IMG/VR virus record: IMGVR_UViG_3300044711_000038
Coordinates: 1 to 39,240 of that record
Reading direction: 5' to 3' (one strand)
Origin: a virus
Taxonomy: Duplodnaviria > Caudoviricetes
DNA: 39,240 nucleotides
The notes below the pieces were generated by a model. The model was not told the DNA's origin, made no database searches, and saw only the letters and a program-made list of their open reading frames with translations. Both the position numbers and the translations under genes were made by a program. Each line of letters begins with the position of its first letter. Positions within the stretch are counted from its first letter, which is position 1. Below are positions 1 to 10,123 of the stretch, piece after piece.

Positions 1-738
1 GTCTATCCATCCAGGAGGAACTTCGACAACTCCTCCGCCGCCAGTCCAAACCGTGCCGATGCCATCACCTGAGGCTGCGAAAGTCGCCACAGGAATATCG
101 GCATAGGCAGCGGCAAGAGAGGTGTATTTGATACCGTCAAGCCAGATGACATTGTTGAAGCTGTATGCCTTATATTGGTTCTGCCCGGCTACCTCTGTGA
201 CATTCCCGGTTGCGCTGAGCGTGGATAGGGAGGCATTCCATCTCTTCGATGAACTGCCTAAACTTTGTGCCGCTGTTGTCCCTGGGTTCAAATCTCCAGT
301 TGTGATTACCTGTGGAGACGATGCAGGCGTAAGGAGCACAGCGCCCGAATAACTTACTCCGCCTGCTCCAGTGACAAGCGTTGTCAAATCAACCGGAGCT
401 GTTCCGGTAATTACTGCCGCCTTGATTGTGCCGATGGTTCTATCGCTGGCATTGTGAATGTCAATATCGAATCCCGGATTTACCGGCGAACTGAATTGAT
501 CTGAGTAGAACATTACCTGCCCAGCAGAGGGAATTCCATTGGCGTCCAGCGTGATGCGGATTACCTCATTTGCCGCTACTTCTCCGCCACCAGAAAGGGA
601 AGCCACGGAACCCTGAGGCATTGCCAGCTTAATCTTTAGATAGCCGTTGGCGCAGACTGTACCTTTGCTGTCAGAAAAGAACACCCCAGCCGCTGGGGGA
701 GAAGATGATGCTGAAGCGATTGCTTTAGGTGATGCCAT
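1..738 (-). CDS. Tailspike / receptor-binding protein, N-terminal part (runs off left edge)
   Basis: Absent from ORF track. ATG at 738 abuts TAA of upstream gene and is open for 246 codons: MASPKAIASASSSPPAAGVFFSDSKG...NNVIWLDGIKYTSLAAAYADIP...GGGGVVEVPPGWID; ending resembles entry into a beta-helix. Confidence 0.75.
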   Translation of the reverse strand, partial: MASPKAIASASSSPPAAGVFFSDSKGTVCANGYLKIKLAMPQGSVASLSGGGEVAANEVIRITLDANGIPSAGQVMFYSDQFSSPVNPGFDIDIHNASDRTIGTIKAAVITGTAPVDLTTLVTGAGGVSYSGAVLLTPASSPQVITTGDLNPGTTAAQSLGSSSKRWNASLSTLSATGNVTEVAGQNQYKAYSFNNVIWLDGIKYTSLAAAYADIPVATFAASGDGIGTVWTGGGGVVEVPPGWID

Positions 739-2070
739 TTAGTCGTCACCCGCTTTTGCTGACATTCTCTTTGCTGCCATCTGCTGAAGTGCGCGAATCA
801 AATCTGATCCTTCCGTCATCATTGCTTTCGGCTTTACTACTTTGCTGATAAACGCCTCAGGCACCGCACTTTTGAACTTCACGTAACCATTGGGCATAAC
901 CTCATACTCGCTTGGATCGAGCTTCGACAGGTCAACCTTGACAAGCTCCTGTGGATGATTCTCGGCTGTTGCTCTGCCTTCCATGTAATCAGAAACACGC
1001 GATGGATCGAGACTGGCCTGCGGTTTCCCTCTTGGCATGATTCCTGTCTCTCCGGCATTGCGAGTACGATAAGCGAACTGTGGAGCATCGTTCGGAACTG
1101 CATTGGCTTCACCTTCGGCAGCCGCACGCGCTGCATCAAATCGCGCCTTTACTTGTGCTGGAATCTTTGTTGCTTTGACAGTGCCGCCGACATCCCAAGG
1201 CGTCATGGCGTATTCAGCCATGCGATCCATGACGCCTTGGGCCTCTGCCTCTCCTGTGCCTTGCGGAGTTTCTAGTTGCGCACGGTCGCGCATGATCTTG
1301 AGAGCAGTCCTCAAGTCATAAGGTGTGCTCGGCTGTGGAGGCGCTTCGCCTGATGCGAGTGGCCGCGTGAGATATTGCCGCGTTACATTCCCCTCAGCGT
1401 CCCTGACTAATCTGCTGGCAGCAGGCAGTAACCCCTCTTGCGACTGTGGCCCTGCTGAACTTGGGCCCAATTCAATTGGGGCAGCAGGCAGCAAGCCTTT
1501 AACTTGAGGCTGCGGATTCCTGGTAAGCGGCTGGACTATTTCGGCAGGATTCGGCGCTCCAAACTCAGCAGCCCGAGCACCACGCATCTGCTTATAGCCT
1601 GCCCTAAGGAGAAGAAGATTCATCAGGGCAGAGCCTGATCCTTCAGCAGGATCATTCTGTATTCCTTCAACAGCGGATTCAATGGGTTGCTTGATTACCT
1701 CATTGAATGCATTGATGGGAATATTTGATAGTGAAGGATTTTGGTTTGGAGCTTTTCCTGTGAGTGCATTCCATGCATTCTTGAAGTAATCGGCGTTGGT
1801 TCTGTTCTTGGCGCGGAAATCGGCCTCTTCCGCTGGCGACATTGCCGGAAGCATGTCTTGGCTGGTTGCTGGGCCCGCATTGAGCGTTGCGCCAACATAA
1901 GTCTTGCCAGCGCCCTTGAGAAAGCGGACAGCAGCATTACCTTTGGGTGCTTCGGGAAATGCCGGAATATTCCGAATAGCTGCCCTCGTAGACGGACTCA
2001 GCCCTTGGACAGGAATGAAATCCGGCTGCTCTGCGGGAATGAAATCCGGCGTTACTGCTTGAGTGCTCAC
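739..2070 (-). CDS. Putative DNA ejection / internal virion protein
   Basis: 443 aa Ala/Pro/Gln-rich, N-terminal PDFIP repeat; third of three ejection-type genes after tail genes. Confidence 0.55.
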   Translation of the reverse strand: MSTQAVTPDFIPAEQPDFIPVQGLSPSTRAAIRNIPAFPEAPKGNAAVRFLKGAGKTYVGATLNAGPATSQDMLPAMSPAEEADFRAKNRTNADYFKNAWNALTGKAPNQNPSLSNIPINAFNEVIKQPIESAVEGIQNDPAEGSGSALMNLLLLRAGYKQMRGARAAEFGAPNPAEIVQPLTRNPQPQVKGLLPAAPIELGPSSAGPQSQEGLLPAASRLVRDAEGNVTRQYLTRPLASGEAPPQPSTPYDLRTALKIMRDRAQLETPQGTGEAEAQGVMDRMAEYAMTPWDVGGTVKATKIPAQVKARFDAARAAAEGEANAVPNDAPQFAYRTRNAGETGIMPRGKPQASLDPSRVSDYMEGRATAENHPQELVKVDLSKLDPSEYEVMPNGYVKFKSAVPEAFISKVVKPKAMMTEGSDLIRALQQMAAKRMSAKAGDD

Positions 2071-3659
2071 GGTTTATACCAACCACGGCCCTTTGGCCCA
2101 TTTTCTTTGAAGATGTAATTGCCGGGAACATTCGCAGGCCGTTGCGGGATGTTTTCGCCCTTTGCCTGGTTTGCTTGAATGGCAGCTGTTTGCGCCCTGC
2201 GGTTTGCCTGCTGCGCCTTAATGGTCTGTTGATTCTCTGCGCTTCCGGGGAATACCGGCATATGCTGCCCAGCCAAATCGAGGTTCTGCTGGAACTGCCC
2301 GGTAGTCATGTCGGCAAACTGTTTATCTGCCAGCGGAGGCGGAAGCTGTTCCAACTGAAGTTCTAGCACCTTGTCAGATGAACGGCTGGAGTTGGTGAGA
2401 ATCTGCTGATAGCCGGAGAGTGATTCGCGGGCCTGATTGAAGAGAATCATCCGCTTCATACCATTTTCAGAAAGCGCCCTTATTCCTTTGGCCTTGAGCT
2501 GGTCTTGCCAATACTTCGGCAGCAAGTTAACACTTAAACCGTGCGTGCTAAGTCCGGCACCGATGTTGTTATCGAGAATGTAGGAAATCGCCATCGCATC
2601 CTCGCCATCAATCGGCTGATCGAACGTCTCTGCGTAATCTCCTACTTTGCGCTGAACGTCTGCAAGGCGGTTGGATAGTGCTTCATCTTTGCGCCGCTGA
2701 ACTGGAGTGACCTTTTGCAGGTTCGTCATTCCTTGAGCGGCAGCGGTTGACCTGTCAGTAAAGATGGTCTGTCCATTCTTTGGATCTGTCGCGTAAACCG
2801 TATCAGCAGCGGATGGTGCGCTGATTCCCTGAATGATTTTTACGCCTGGAGTCACAGGAGCAGCCCCTGGAGCACCTGGAGATTTTCCTTTAGGCGCTGT
2901 GCCTTGCGGAGCACCTGGAATCAGAGGCTTTGATACTGACGTGGTTGGAATGACTGCGAACTGTCCATCGGCTGTAACTTTGACCTCTTGTCCTTGGTGA
3001 ATCTTTTCGAGATAGCCAGGAGGCACTATGGCATTGTCCGCGTATCCCTTGAAATTCCCTGCATTGTCATAGAGTCCAACCGCCAAGGAACCATCAGGAC
3101 CGTAAGCGGCTTTCATCTTTACTTGTCCCAAGCGAGCCATGGCAGAGATTTGCGCTGCTCCAAGGCGGGCATTCGCTCCAATCTGAGCCGCATCCGTCTT
3201 CCCCTGATTCGCTAGCTGCTGCTTTATCAAGTCGCTGGCCATTTTCTGCGGAAGATGGAGTGTGGTTCCATTGGGGAGCTGGTAAGGAACCATCTGCGCC
3301 TGCTGCTGTGTAAGTTGCGTCTGCGCATTCAGGTGGGCAATCTGCGCCATGCGCATGGTCTTCTCGGCATCCGTCTCGCCGCCTGATGCCTTTATCATTG
3401 ACTGCCCAGCGCCGTAAGAGAAATTCCCTAACATGCTGGCGAGCACATGGCGCAGACCTGCTTTTACCGGGCCGGCATTCTGTGAGTTGTTCGCCGGAGG
3501 CGGTTGCTGAGTCTGAGCAGGTTGAGGCTGATCTGGAGTCTGATTGTTCGAGCTTGGGCCTATGGCATATTTATTTGATCCGCTCAGAGAATCAGGCGCA
3601 GAATCCCCTCCCTGCCCTTGCAGGAGACTCATCAAAGCTGAAGGATCAAATGTGCTCAT
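2067..3659 (-). CDS. Putative DNA ejection / internal virion protein
   Basis: 530 aa Gln/Ala/Gly-rich, Cys-free; position equivalent to P22 gp20 / T7 gp15. Confidence 0.6.
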   Translation of the reverse strand: MSTFDPSALMSLLQGQGGDSAPDSLSGSNKYAIGPSSNNQTPDQPQPAQTQQPPPANNSQNAGPVKAGLRHVLASMLGNFSYGAGQSMIKASGGETDAEKTMRMAQIAHLNAQTQLTQQQAQMVPYQLPNGTTLHLPQKMASDLIKQQLANQGKTDAAQIGANARLGAAQISAMARLGQVKMKAAYGPDGSLAVGLYDNAGNFKGYADNAIVPPGYLEKIHQGQEVKVTADGQFAVIPTTSVSKPLIPGAPQGTAPKGKSPGAPGAAPVTPGVKIIQGISAPSAADTVYATDPKNGQTIFTDRSTAAAQGMTNLQKVTPVQRRKDEALSNRLADVQRKVGDYAETFDQPIDGEDAMAISYILDNNIGAGLSTHGLSVNLLPKYWQDQLKAKGIRALSENGMKRMILFNQARESLSGYQQILTNSSRSSDKVLELQLEQLPPPLADKQFADMTTGQFQQNLDLAGQHMPVFPGSAENQQTIKAQQANRRAQTAAIQANQAKGENIPQRPANVPGNYIFKENGPKGRGWYKP

Positions 3660-3662
3660 ACC

Positions 3663-4382
3663 CTACTTGCCACCTGAACCAGTAGCAAAACCGGAGCCGA
3701 ATTTACCAAGCCCGCTCAATACTCCACCAAGGCCGCCCGATATGCCGCTGCCAATCCCTTGACCGAGGCCGCTACCTAGCCCACGCATGAACGTTGCGCC
3801 GAACCCAGAATTACTGGCCTGCACATACTGATTCAATGCGTTGCTTGCTCCACTTCCGAATGTCGCAATCGGACTTGTCATTTGAGCAGCCTGCCCATTG
3901 ATGAGCGATGCAGCATTGAATTTATTGGTCAATGCCTGAGAAAGATTTTGGAGGTCGATATTCGCCATTCCGCTGGACGTATCGCTTGCCAACCCACCTT
4001 CCAGACCTGCGATGCCACGGGTGTAATCACCGCCAACCGGACCGCTCGCTGAACCTGTTCTCAAGAGTGCCGTTCTCACATTCGATCCGGCAGTCTTGTA
4101 ATTCTTTGCGATGTTGTTGAGGAATTGGGATTTCAGGAGCGCCAACTGCTCGGGATCAAATCCAACATTTCCGGTTAGGTATTGCCCTACAGAACCAGAA
4201 ACCTTGTCCTGTGCACCCTTCATCAAATCAAAGGCTTGCTTCTGAAGGGCATTCTGTTGGTTGAGTTGATCCTTGGAAGTGCCCTCGCCCTTGCATTCGG
4301 CAATTGGGCCTTCGTATTCAAATCCTTCCCAATCGAGCAGAATGCCTGTAGCCATATCGTAAGTGGCGCTTGTGGTAATCAT
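3663..4382 (-). CDS. DNA ejection protein (P22 gp7 position) with N-terminal leader
   Basis: 239 aa; N-terminal FEYEGPIAECKG motif, Gly-rich hydrophobic C-terminus; directly follows GNAT-like gene. Confidence 0.65.
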   Translation of the reverse strand: MITTSATYDMATGILLDWEGFEYEGPIAECKGEGTSKDQLNQQNALQKQAFDLMKGAQDKVSGSVGQYLTGNVGFDPEQLALLKSQFLNNIAKNYKTAGSNVRTALLRTGSASGPVGGDYTRGIAGLEGGLASDTSSGMANIDLQNLSQALTNKFNAASLINGQAAQMTSPIATFGSGASNALNQYVQASNSGFGATFMRGLGSGLGQGIGSGISGGLGGVLSGLGKFGSGFATGSGGK

Positions 4383-4789
4383 ATTTTCCGCCTGAATAGC
4401 TGCATCGGGTTTTCTCCCGTGCAGGCTGTCATCGCTTCAAAATCGTGGTGCATGACAAACGCTTTAGTTTCTGCGTCTGCGCAAAGAAAATAAATCTCTC
4501 GAATGCCTAAACAACGCGCCTCAAACTCCAGCACCGTGAATGCCTCTCTCAGCGCTACCGCCTTTTCTTGTGCTGTGGCCTCTGGATTAAAGGCAAGAGC
4601 TTCAAGCATCCACGGAACCTGAAAGGGAACATATGCGATTCCCCGGCCATTGCTTACCTTCAAAGCCTGAAAAGTAGGATAGGCAAAGACATCAGGATCA
4701 ACATTGTTCCTGTGTGCCAGCTTTGCGGTCCAATCGGCAAACTCTGCAAAATCGGCGGACGTATATTTTTCAACTCGTATGCGTTTCAT
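4379..4789 (-). CDS. GNAT-fold virion assembly protein (P22 gp14 / T7 gp13 position)
   Basis: 136 aa; EARCLGIREIYF...AFVMHHDFE resembles GNAT C-terminal motif; synteny. Confidence 0.55.
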   Translation of the reverse strand: MKRIRVEKYTSADFAEFADWTAKLAHRNNVDPDVFAYPTFQALKVSNGRGIAYVPFQVPWMLEALAFNPEATAQEKAVALREAFTVLEFEARCLGIREIYFLCADAETKAFVMHHDFEAMTACTGENPMQLFRRKI

Positions 4790-5745
4790 ATGAGATTCAA
4801 TTTATTATTGTGACTCAGAAATCCGTTCGCATAGAACAGATGCCCGCGAGGCATCTTTACTTCTACTTTTGTGCAGTCTTTATAAAACTGCCTCACTTCT
4901 GCAATCTTCCCAACGCCTCTTTCCATCATGATCCAATCGCCAGCCTTCAACTCGTCGGCCCTGATTTTTCCTTTGTCATCATGAAATAGAGGATGATTCG
5001 GCGTGCAATTCAAGGTGCGGGGGTAATCTTCAACTGCCAGATTGATCCAGTCAGTTTGCCTGTGATGGAAAGTGGAATATTCCTGCCCTTCGCCAAATGG
5101 CTTGATATCAGTATTTAGCATCACGCAGGTTCCAGGGCCACCACCATAACCGCCGGTTCCACCCGTGCCGCCGCTCGTTCCCGCCGCCGGCGTCGAGAAG
5201 GTTGTAAACCCTCCGCTCAGAGGTTCCCGGCCAAGTAATGACTGCTGCATACTGGCTTGCACATTTCTCGCTGCTGTCGTGAATGCGAACTGCGGAGTCC
5301 CTGCATCTCCCTTGATAAAACCAACTCCGCAGTTATTGAATGCGCTCCAGAAGGGCAGGAAGCCATAACTTGTATTCGCTATGAGCCCGCTGATTGTCAT
5401 GTTATTGGACGGTATATTCACTACCGTCTCATCGGCCCTGATGATCTTTAGCTTTACACTTCCATTGGTTCCATCCCAATAGATCGTGATGCTGGTCGTG
5501 GTAGCAGAGAATCCAAAGGTGCCAACCACACCCGCAGGCGGTACACTGCCCTTTGGGTTGATCGCCGTGACGATGGCAATTTTATTGTTCGCATCAAGAA
5601 TGTCTTGCGGCAACCCGGAAAAATCTCCCGATGGAACCACTAAGTTCCCGGCACGCAAATACTGCTTCCCGCGCTCGAGCCGCCTGACTCGCCCGGTCAA
5701 ATCATCGGACGTGTCGAACCTATAGATGTTTCCCCAATCAGCCAT
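4786..5745 (-). CDS. Tail protein with C-terminal Hint (intein-like) domain
   Basis: 319 aa; beta-rich body, Gly linker, then C207 (CVMLNT), TPNHPLF block B, HLFYANGFLSHN block F/G. Confidence 0.8.
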   Translation of the reverse strand: MADWGNIYRFDTSDDLTGRVRRLERGKQYLRAGNLVVPSGDFSGLPQDILDANNKIAIVTAINPKGSVPPAGVVGTFGFSATTTSITIYWDGTNGSVKLKIIRADETVVNIPSNNMTISGLIANTSYGFLPFWSAFNNCGVGFIKGDAGTPQFAFTTAARNVQASMQQSLLGREPLSGGFTTFSTPAAGTSGGTGGTGGYGGGPGTCVMLNTDIKPFGEGQEYSTFHHRQTDWINLAVEDYPRTLNCTPNHPLFHDDKGKIRADELKAGDWIMMERGVGKIAEVRQFYKDCTKVEVKMPRGHLFYANGFLSHNNKLNLI

Positions 5746-7579
5746 TGCGGTGATGTTTTATGCTCATTGAATACAAGTGAAAGTTCTGGTCTTTGGTGGG
5801 CCACTCGATATAAACAGCGATTCTCTGAGCATTCGATGTTACGGGCTGAGACGTGTATTCCTTGCGGATAATAGCCGTACCCTGAGATGCCCGCCGCGTT
5901 GAATCCTGCTCATTTTCTTTGATTGAAATCCACTTACTAATATCTATCTGGCGCGGATCGTCATCATTCAACTGCCGTACATCAGCCGGTAATATGGAAT
6001 CTGTTTCCAGAGCAACGTTATCGACCACGCCATACCAATCCGGTGTCTCATCTGGAGCAACGCTGAAAAGGTTCCACTTGATCCAAGGTTTATAGAGTGT
6101 TCCGGCATCGTTGTATGTGCCGGGAACGATTTTGTAAATAACTCCGTTGATAGCTCCCAAAAGATCAACCGTCCCATCTGCTGTTTCTCCTGATGCAATT
6201 GCCGTGACTCCGCTAATCGGCCACGGAACCATCCAGTGTTTGTTGTCCATGTTGGCGACGAATAATTTTCCGTTCGCCCCGTCCATCACCACAACCCAAT
6301 TGAACTCATCTGAGTTGTGAATGGCGATTTGAGTCAGGCTAGGAGTGAATAATTTGGTATCTACCCTGATGTCTGTTCCCATCTCCCCAATATCAGATAG
6401 CCAGAATTGACCTGAAGTATCAAGCCACAGAACAGAGCCGCCGGCAGCTGCAACATTCTTAGGGAACTTGGTGCCGCGCTGATCGAGAACTGAGCCCCAG
6501 CGGAAAGTGTCAAGCGAGTCTCCATCAACTCCAAAAATCTTCTTGGCTGTGAAAATAGCAACGCCTGTGCTTGTTGGTGCTAACCCATAAAGCGGACTCG
6601 GATAAGGTCTGAAATTCCCGTCAAGCCCTGAAGGGAAGCACTCTTCAGGGACACCGTTGCCGATTTCCTCAAAGCCTGAGTAATAGAGCTTGTTCGCCGC
6701 AATGCCCCAAATTCTGTTCTGCGAAACACATAGCGGCTTCATCGCTGGCGGCGGGTCGTTTTGCAGCAGAGCAGGGCCAAATATAGTGAGCAAGCCAACA
6801 TCGGTAGACGTGTCTGTAATCGTCGCCGTGCTATTTGCAAATGGGCTATTGGGAAGTTCCTGCATCTGATCTGGATTCGTAGAGCCTCCATCTGTTGTTC
6901 TGAAGACTCGAATTTGGTCTACTTGGGCATCTCCTGATGCCGTGACTCCAACCCCAACCTGTTTTCCTGTGGTAGCTCCAGTACAGGCGCTCAAATCGGA
7001 AAGCGTTGAGAGACTTCCGCGTGAGCTGTTCCCATATCCGTAGCGGTAATACCAGCCGGTCGTGATGTCCAAACTGCCAGCAGAGAGTGAAACCGTCGGC
7101 ACAACCGAAGGCCTGGTGATGCCCCATTTGTTGATTGAAGTGCCGTCATAAAACCACATTTCTCCGGCGACATCATCTTTGCCGAAATAGCATGTCTGAT
7201 TGGAATCGACAAACCAGAACGGGGTGTTTGAATTCGTGCAGGTTCTGATAAGAACAGCATTCGCATCCGTGCCAAACTTGAATTTGTAAACATAACTCTG
7301 AGTGCTATCTGTCGAGCAGACCATTCCAAAATAGCTGGTGGTCGTGCCTGAAATCTTATGCCACAGGTAAATGCTCTTGACCGTCCCTGTGAAGCCTCCC
7401 CCTGGTGCCGGGATCGCAACTGTAGCAAATCCCGGCCTGTTCTCCAGATACCCCGGCACGGTCGTGAGAACGTTTGCTCCATCCTGAAAAGCCAAGTCCG
7501 TTGACACTGCGGAGTTGAAAGACTTGTACGGAATCCGCAGATCAGTGATGAGAAAATTGCCCTGAGTTTTGGCTGGCAT
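5738..7579 (-). CDS. Tail nozzle / tubular protein B (P22 gp10-like)
   Basis: 613 aa; LENRPG near N-terminus, NRIWG...LYYS propeller-like motifs, Ig/FN3-like insert; follows adaptor. Confidence 0.7.
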   Translation of the reverse strand: MPAKTQGNFLITDLRIPYKSFNSAVSTDLAFQDGANVLTTVPGYLENRPGFATVAIPAPGGGFTGTVKSIYLWHKISGTTTSYFGMVCSTDSTQSYVYKFKFGTDANAVLIRTCTNSNTPFWFVDSNQTCYFGKDDVAGEMWFYDGTSINKWGITRPSVVPTVSLSAGSLDITTGWYYRYGYGNSSRGSLSTLSDLSACTGATTGKQVGVGVTASGDAQVDQIRVFRTTDGGSTNPDQMQELPNSPFANSTATITDTSTDVGLLTIFGPALLQNDPPPAMKPLCVSQNRIWGIAANKLYYSGFEEIGNGVPEECFPSGLDGNFRPYPSPLYGLAPTSTGVAIFTAKKIFGVDGDSLDTFRWGSVLDQRGTKFPKNVAAAGGSVLWLDTSGQFWLSDIGEMGTDIRVDTKLFTPSLTQIAIHNSDEFNWVVVMDGANGKLFVANMDNKHWMVPWPISGVTAIASGETADGTVDLLGAINGVIYKIVPGTYNDAGTLYKPWIKWNLFSVAPDETPDWYGVVDNVALETDSILPADVRQLNDDDPRQIDISKWISIKENEQDSTRRASQGTAIIRKEYTSQPVTSNAQRIAVYIEWPTKDQNFHLYSMSIKHHRNG

Positions 7580-8328
7580 TAAAGGATCGGATAAACGTCT
7601 GAAGAGTAGTAACGCCTCATGTCAACCGTGGCAAGTGATTCGTCAGGATAGTAGCCTTCGATGTTGCCGAAGTCTTCAGCCGCTGCCATTTCTCGGATCG
7701 CCTGCATCCATTCGCCCAAGGCTCCGGTGTATGCAGCATGTCCTTCACTGGTCTGCATTGCTCCAGCGCGGGAATCGTCCGCAAGCCTGAAGGCCCAATA
7801 AGTCAACCCCTTGGCGAAGACTTCAAGGAAATCATCGGAAAACCAGAATGTATCCGTTAGGTTCACCAGCTTCGAGGGCTGAGGCTGGTATTCACCGCCC
7901 AGCGTCCAAGTCGTACCCGATGGAACTTGGACGGCAGACTCCAGGCGGAACTTATTGATTCCAGCCTGATAAGCCGCCTGCCTGATGGCATAAGGTGACT
8001 TCGGGATCAGGTCAACGGTGATGTTTTTCGAGACTGTCAGGTTTCGTATCTGGCGAGGCGTGGTATCTGTCCGCGTGATCCAAAACTGAGTTATGCGGAA
8101 AATATCAGTCAGCCCGGTTGCAAAATCCTGATTGCCGTCAGTCAAAGTAACTTCGGTCCATCCACCAGTACCGGAGGGCTTGAGAACATCGCGCCACGGG
8201 TAAAACTTGTACATCGTGGCGTTTACGATGTCCGCAATGGACATGTCCACATTGGTGAATGGAACGCCCTTCGCCAGCTTCTGCGCCAGCGTCATCCCAT
8301 CCTGCACTGTGTAGGTTTGGAATGCCAT
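7579..8328 (-). CDS. Head-tail adaptor / tail tubular protein A
   Basis: 249 aa; helical ends, YPW...TLTDGNQDF pattern; precedes nozzle. Confidence 0.6.
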   Translation of the reverse strand: MAFQTYTVQDGMTLAQKLAKGVPFTNVDMSIADIVNATMYKFYPWRDVLKPSGTGGWTEVTLTDGNQDFATGLTDIFRITQFWITRTDTTPRQIRNLTVSKNITVDLIPKSPYAIRQAAYQAGINKFRLESAVQVPSGTTWTLGGEYQPQPSKLVNLTDTFWFSDDFLEVFAKGLTYWAFRLADDSRAGAMQTSEGHAAYTGALGEWMQAIREMAAAEDFGNIEGYYPDESLATVDMRRYYSSDVYPIL

Positions 8329-8332
8329 GAGA

Positions 8333-8911
8333 TTAAGCCGTTACCAGTTCTCCGACTTCTTCTTTCACCGGATAGCAGAGATAGCAGGTTTTCTGATCGC
8401 ATCCGTCTGGATAAGATCCTTTGTGCCATCTCTCCAGTGCCGAGACAGACAATTCAACATACCCGCCAAGGTTGACGCCTTCTTTCTTCTGCTCATCCGT
8501 GGCCCTGATCTTCGGCATCACCATCAGACATTTGCAGCAGACTGGAGAGAACGTACCATCTGAGTTGACCTGTCCGCGCCATGCAGAACGCTTGTTACCA
8601 TTGGCAGGATTCAAGGTCTGGTGGGGAGGCCCGCCCGTACCGTCGCACTGATCGCGGCGCATCTTGTTTCGCTCGTTCTGCTCTTTGGCCGCTTCAATCT
8701 GTGATTGGATAGTCGCAAGCGTCTGCTCTCGCGCTTCGTTTTCCTTCTTTTGGCGTGCCTTGACTTCTTCGGCTTTGTCCTCAAGGAGAAGCTGGAGTAA
8801 TGCTTTAAGCTCCGGGTCTTGAGTTTGCACTTCGGGTTTCTCTGCCATGTTTTCAGTCTCCTTGATTTCTGCCTGTTTACGTTCAAGCTGATCTTTTACC
8901 CATTGCTTCAT
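8333..8911 (-). CDS. Hypothetical protein (coiled coil plus Cys-rich domain)
   Basis: 192 aa; E/K/Q coiled coil then CCKC and CDQKTCYLC. Confidence 0.6.
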   Translation of the reverse strand: MKQWVKDQLERKQAEIKETENMAEKPEVQTQDPELKALLQLLLEDKAEEVKARQKKENEAREQTLATIQSQIEAAKEQNERNKMRRDQCDGTGGPPHQTLNPANGNKRSAWRGQVNSDGTFSPVCCKCLMVMPKIRATDEQKKEGVNLGGYVELSVSALERWHKGSYPDGCDQKTCYLCYPVKEEVGELVTA

Positions 8912-9562
8912 TTAAGCCTCTTTGATTAGGGCCATTGCCCTTTGCCAGTTCTGAGAATCTTTGCTTGGCGGACCAAAACTTTCAGCCTGTGAGCGTGTAA
9001 TGATTCCAGCCTCAAGCAGCCTGAACAACATTGGTCGCCAGCCTCGTTCGCATCCCAAGAATTTACAGTTGGGGCAGCCGGAGCATTGCTCCCTGGTAAC
9101 GTGTGGCGTTCCGTTTCGATCACGCGCTACTTTTTCCCTGACACATATCCAGTCGAATTCCTTTACTGGCCTATCAGCGTTGAATCCGCCGATGTAGCGC
9201 AGCCCCTTATCTTCATCAGGTGTTACAGGAACAATGAGATAGACGCCAACCTGAGAAGGAGCCGCTGGGGGTCGAATGAAGTGCAGGGAACATCCATTTG
9301 CGCTGGCAAGTTGCTGGAGTTTTTTCTGTAGCTTGCGTGAGTCCCACTCTTTTCCCCTGCTTATCTCCCGGTTAGTGCGATCACGCTGCCCATCGGGAGC
9401 GACAGAATCTTCGCGCTTGCTTTCAGTTTCAGCGTGAATCTTGTTATGAAAATCACTTGCCGATTCTGATGAAGCAATTTCAGACCGCTTGGACGAGTCA
9501 AGCGAGGGAATCCCCGCTGTGACTCGCCCATGGTCAGGTTCAACTTCTTCTTTGTTAATCAC
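8912..9562 (-). CDS. Hypothetical late protein
   Basis: 216 aa, tightly abutting both neighbours; CSGCPNC motif. Confidence 0.6.
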   Translation of the reverse strand: MINKEEVEPDHGRVTAGIPSLDSSKRSEIASSESASDFHNKIHAETESKREDSVAPDGQRDRTNREISRGKEWDSRKLQKKLQQLASANGCSLHFIRPPAAPSQVGVYLIVPVTPDEDKGLRYIGGFNADRPVKEFDWICVREKVARDRNGTPHVTREQCSGCPNCKFLGCERGWRPMLFRLLEAGIITRSQAESFGPPSKDSQNWQRAMALIKEA

Positions 9563-10123
9563 TTACTTTGCTGTCTCCCAGAGAATGTCCAGATGCAACG
9601 TCTCCAGGGTGCAGGCATTTGAAGCATTTGACGCTGAGAACAGCGCCGATACCGCAAAGCCTGCATTGCCGGTATTGCTGCCAAGCTGAAGGTCAATCCC
9701 GGCATCGGTTGAAGTGGTGACCTGCGTTGCCGCCGCAGTCGCCACAACAGCGCCTCCAGAGCCATTGACTCCCCAGCCAACGCCAGAAAGCAGCTTGTTT
9801 ACCGGGTCATAGCTGCAAAGAACTTCCAGAATCCAAGACCCGGAGGCCGTGTTGTAGGCAGCGGCACCTCCAGAGAAGAAATCAAGGTTGTTCGCTGCCG
9901 TGGCAGATGTCACCTTGGTCGCCGTCTGTTTGGTGTACTGAATCTTTGGAGTGAAGTTGGTGGTCGTTCCGCCAGTGGCCGTTCCTTTGGCCCGTACATA
10001 AAAGCAGTCCGTTCCAGTCGGAATAAAAACTACAGCGCCATTGGCCGCAACATCCGCCTCTTTAAAAACAGTGGCAGCGGTCACGTTACCAAGGGCACTT
10101 GCGCGTTTTGCTTTGGTTTCCAT
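9563..10123 (-). CDS. Putative capsid decoration / minor head protein
   Basis: 186 aa Ala/Thr/Gly-rich beta protein right after capsid gene, strong RBS AGGAGA. Confidence 0.5.
   Translation of the reverse strand: METKAKRASALGNVTAATVFKEADVAANGAVVFIPTGTDCFYVRAKGTATGGTTTNFTPKIQYTKQTATKVTSATAANNLDFFSGGAAAYNTASGSWILEVLCSYDPVNKLLSGVGWGVNGSGGAVVATAAATQVTTSTDAGIDLQLGSNTGNAGFAVSALFSASNASNACTLETLHLDILWETAK

Noticed and set aside
3104-3112. Extra AAGCGGCTT copy
   Set aside because: Inside a coding region with no promoter context; compatible with chance
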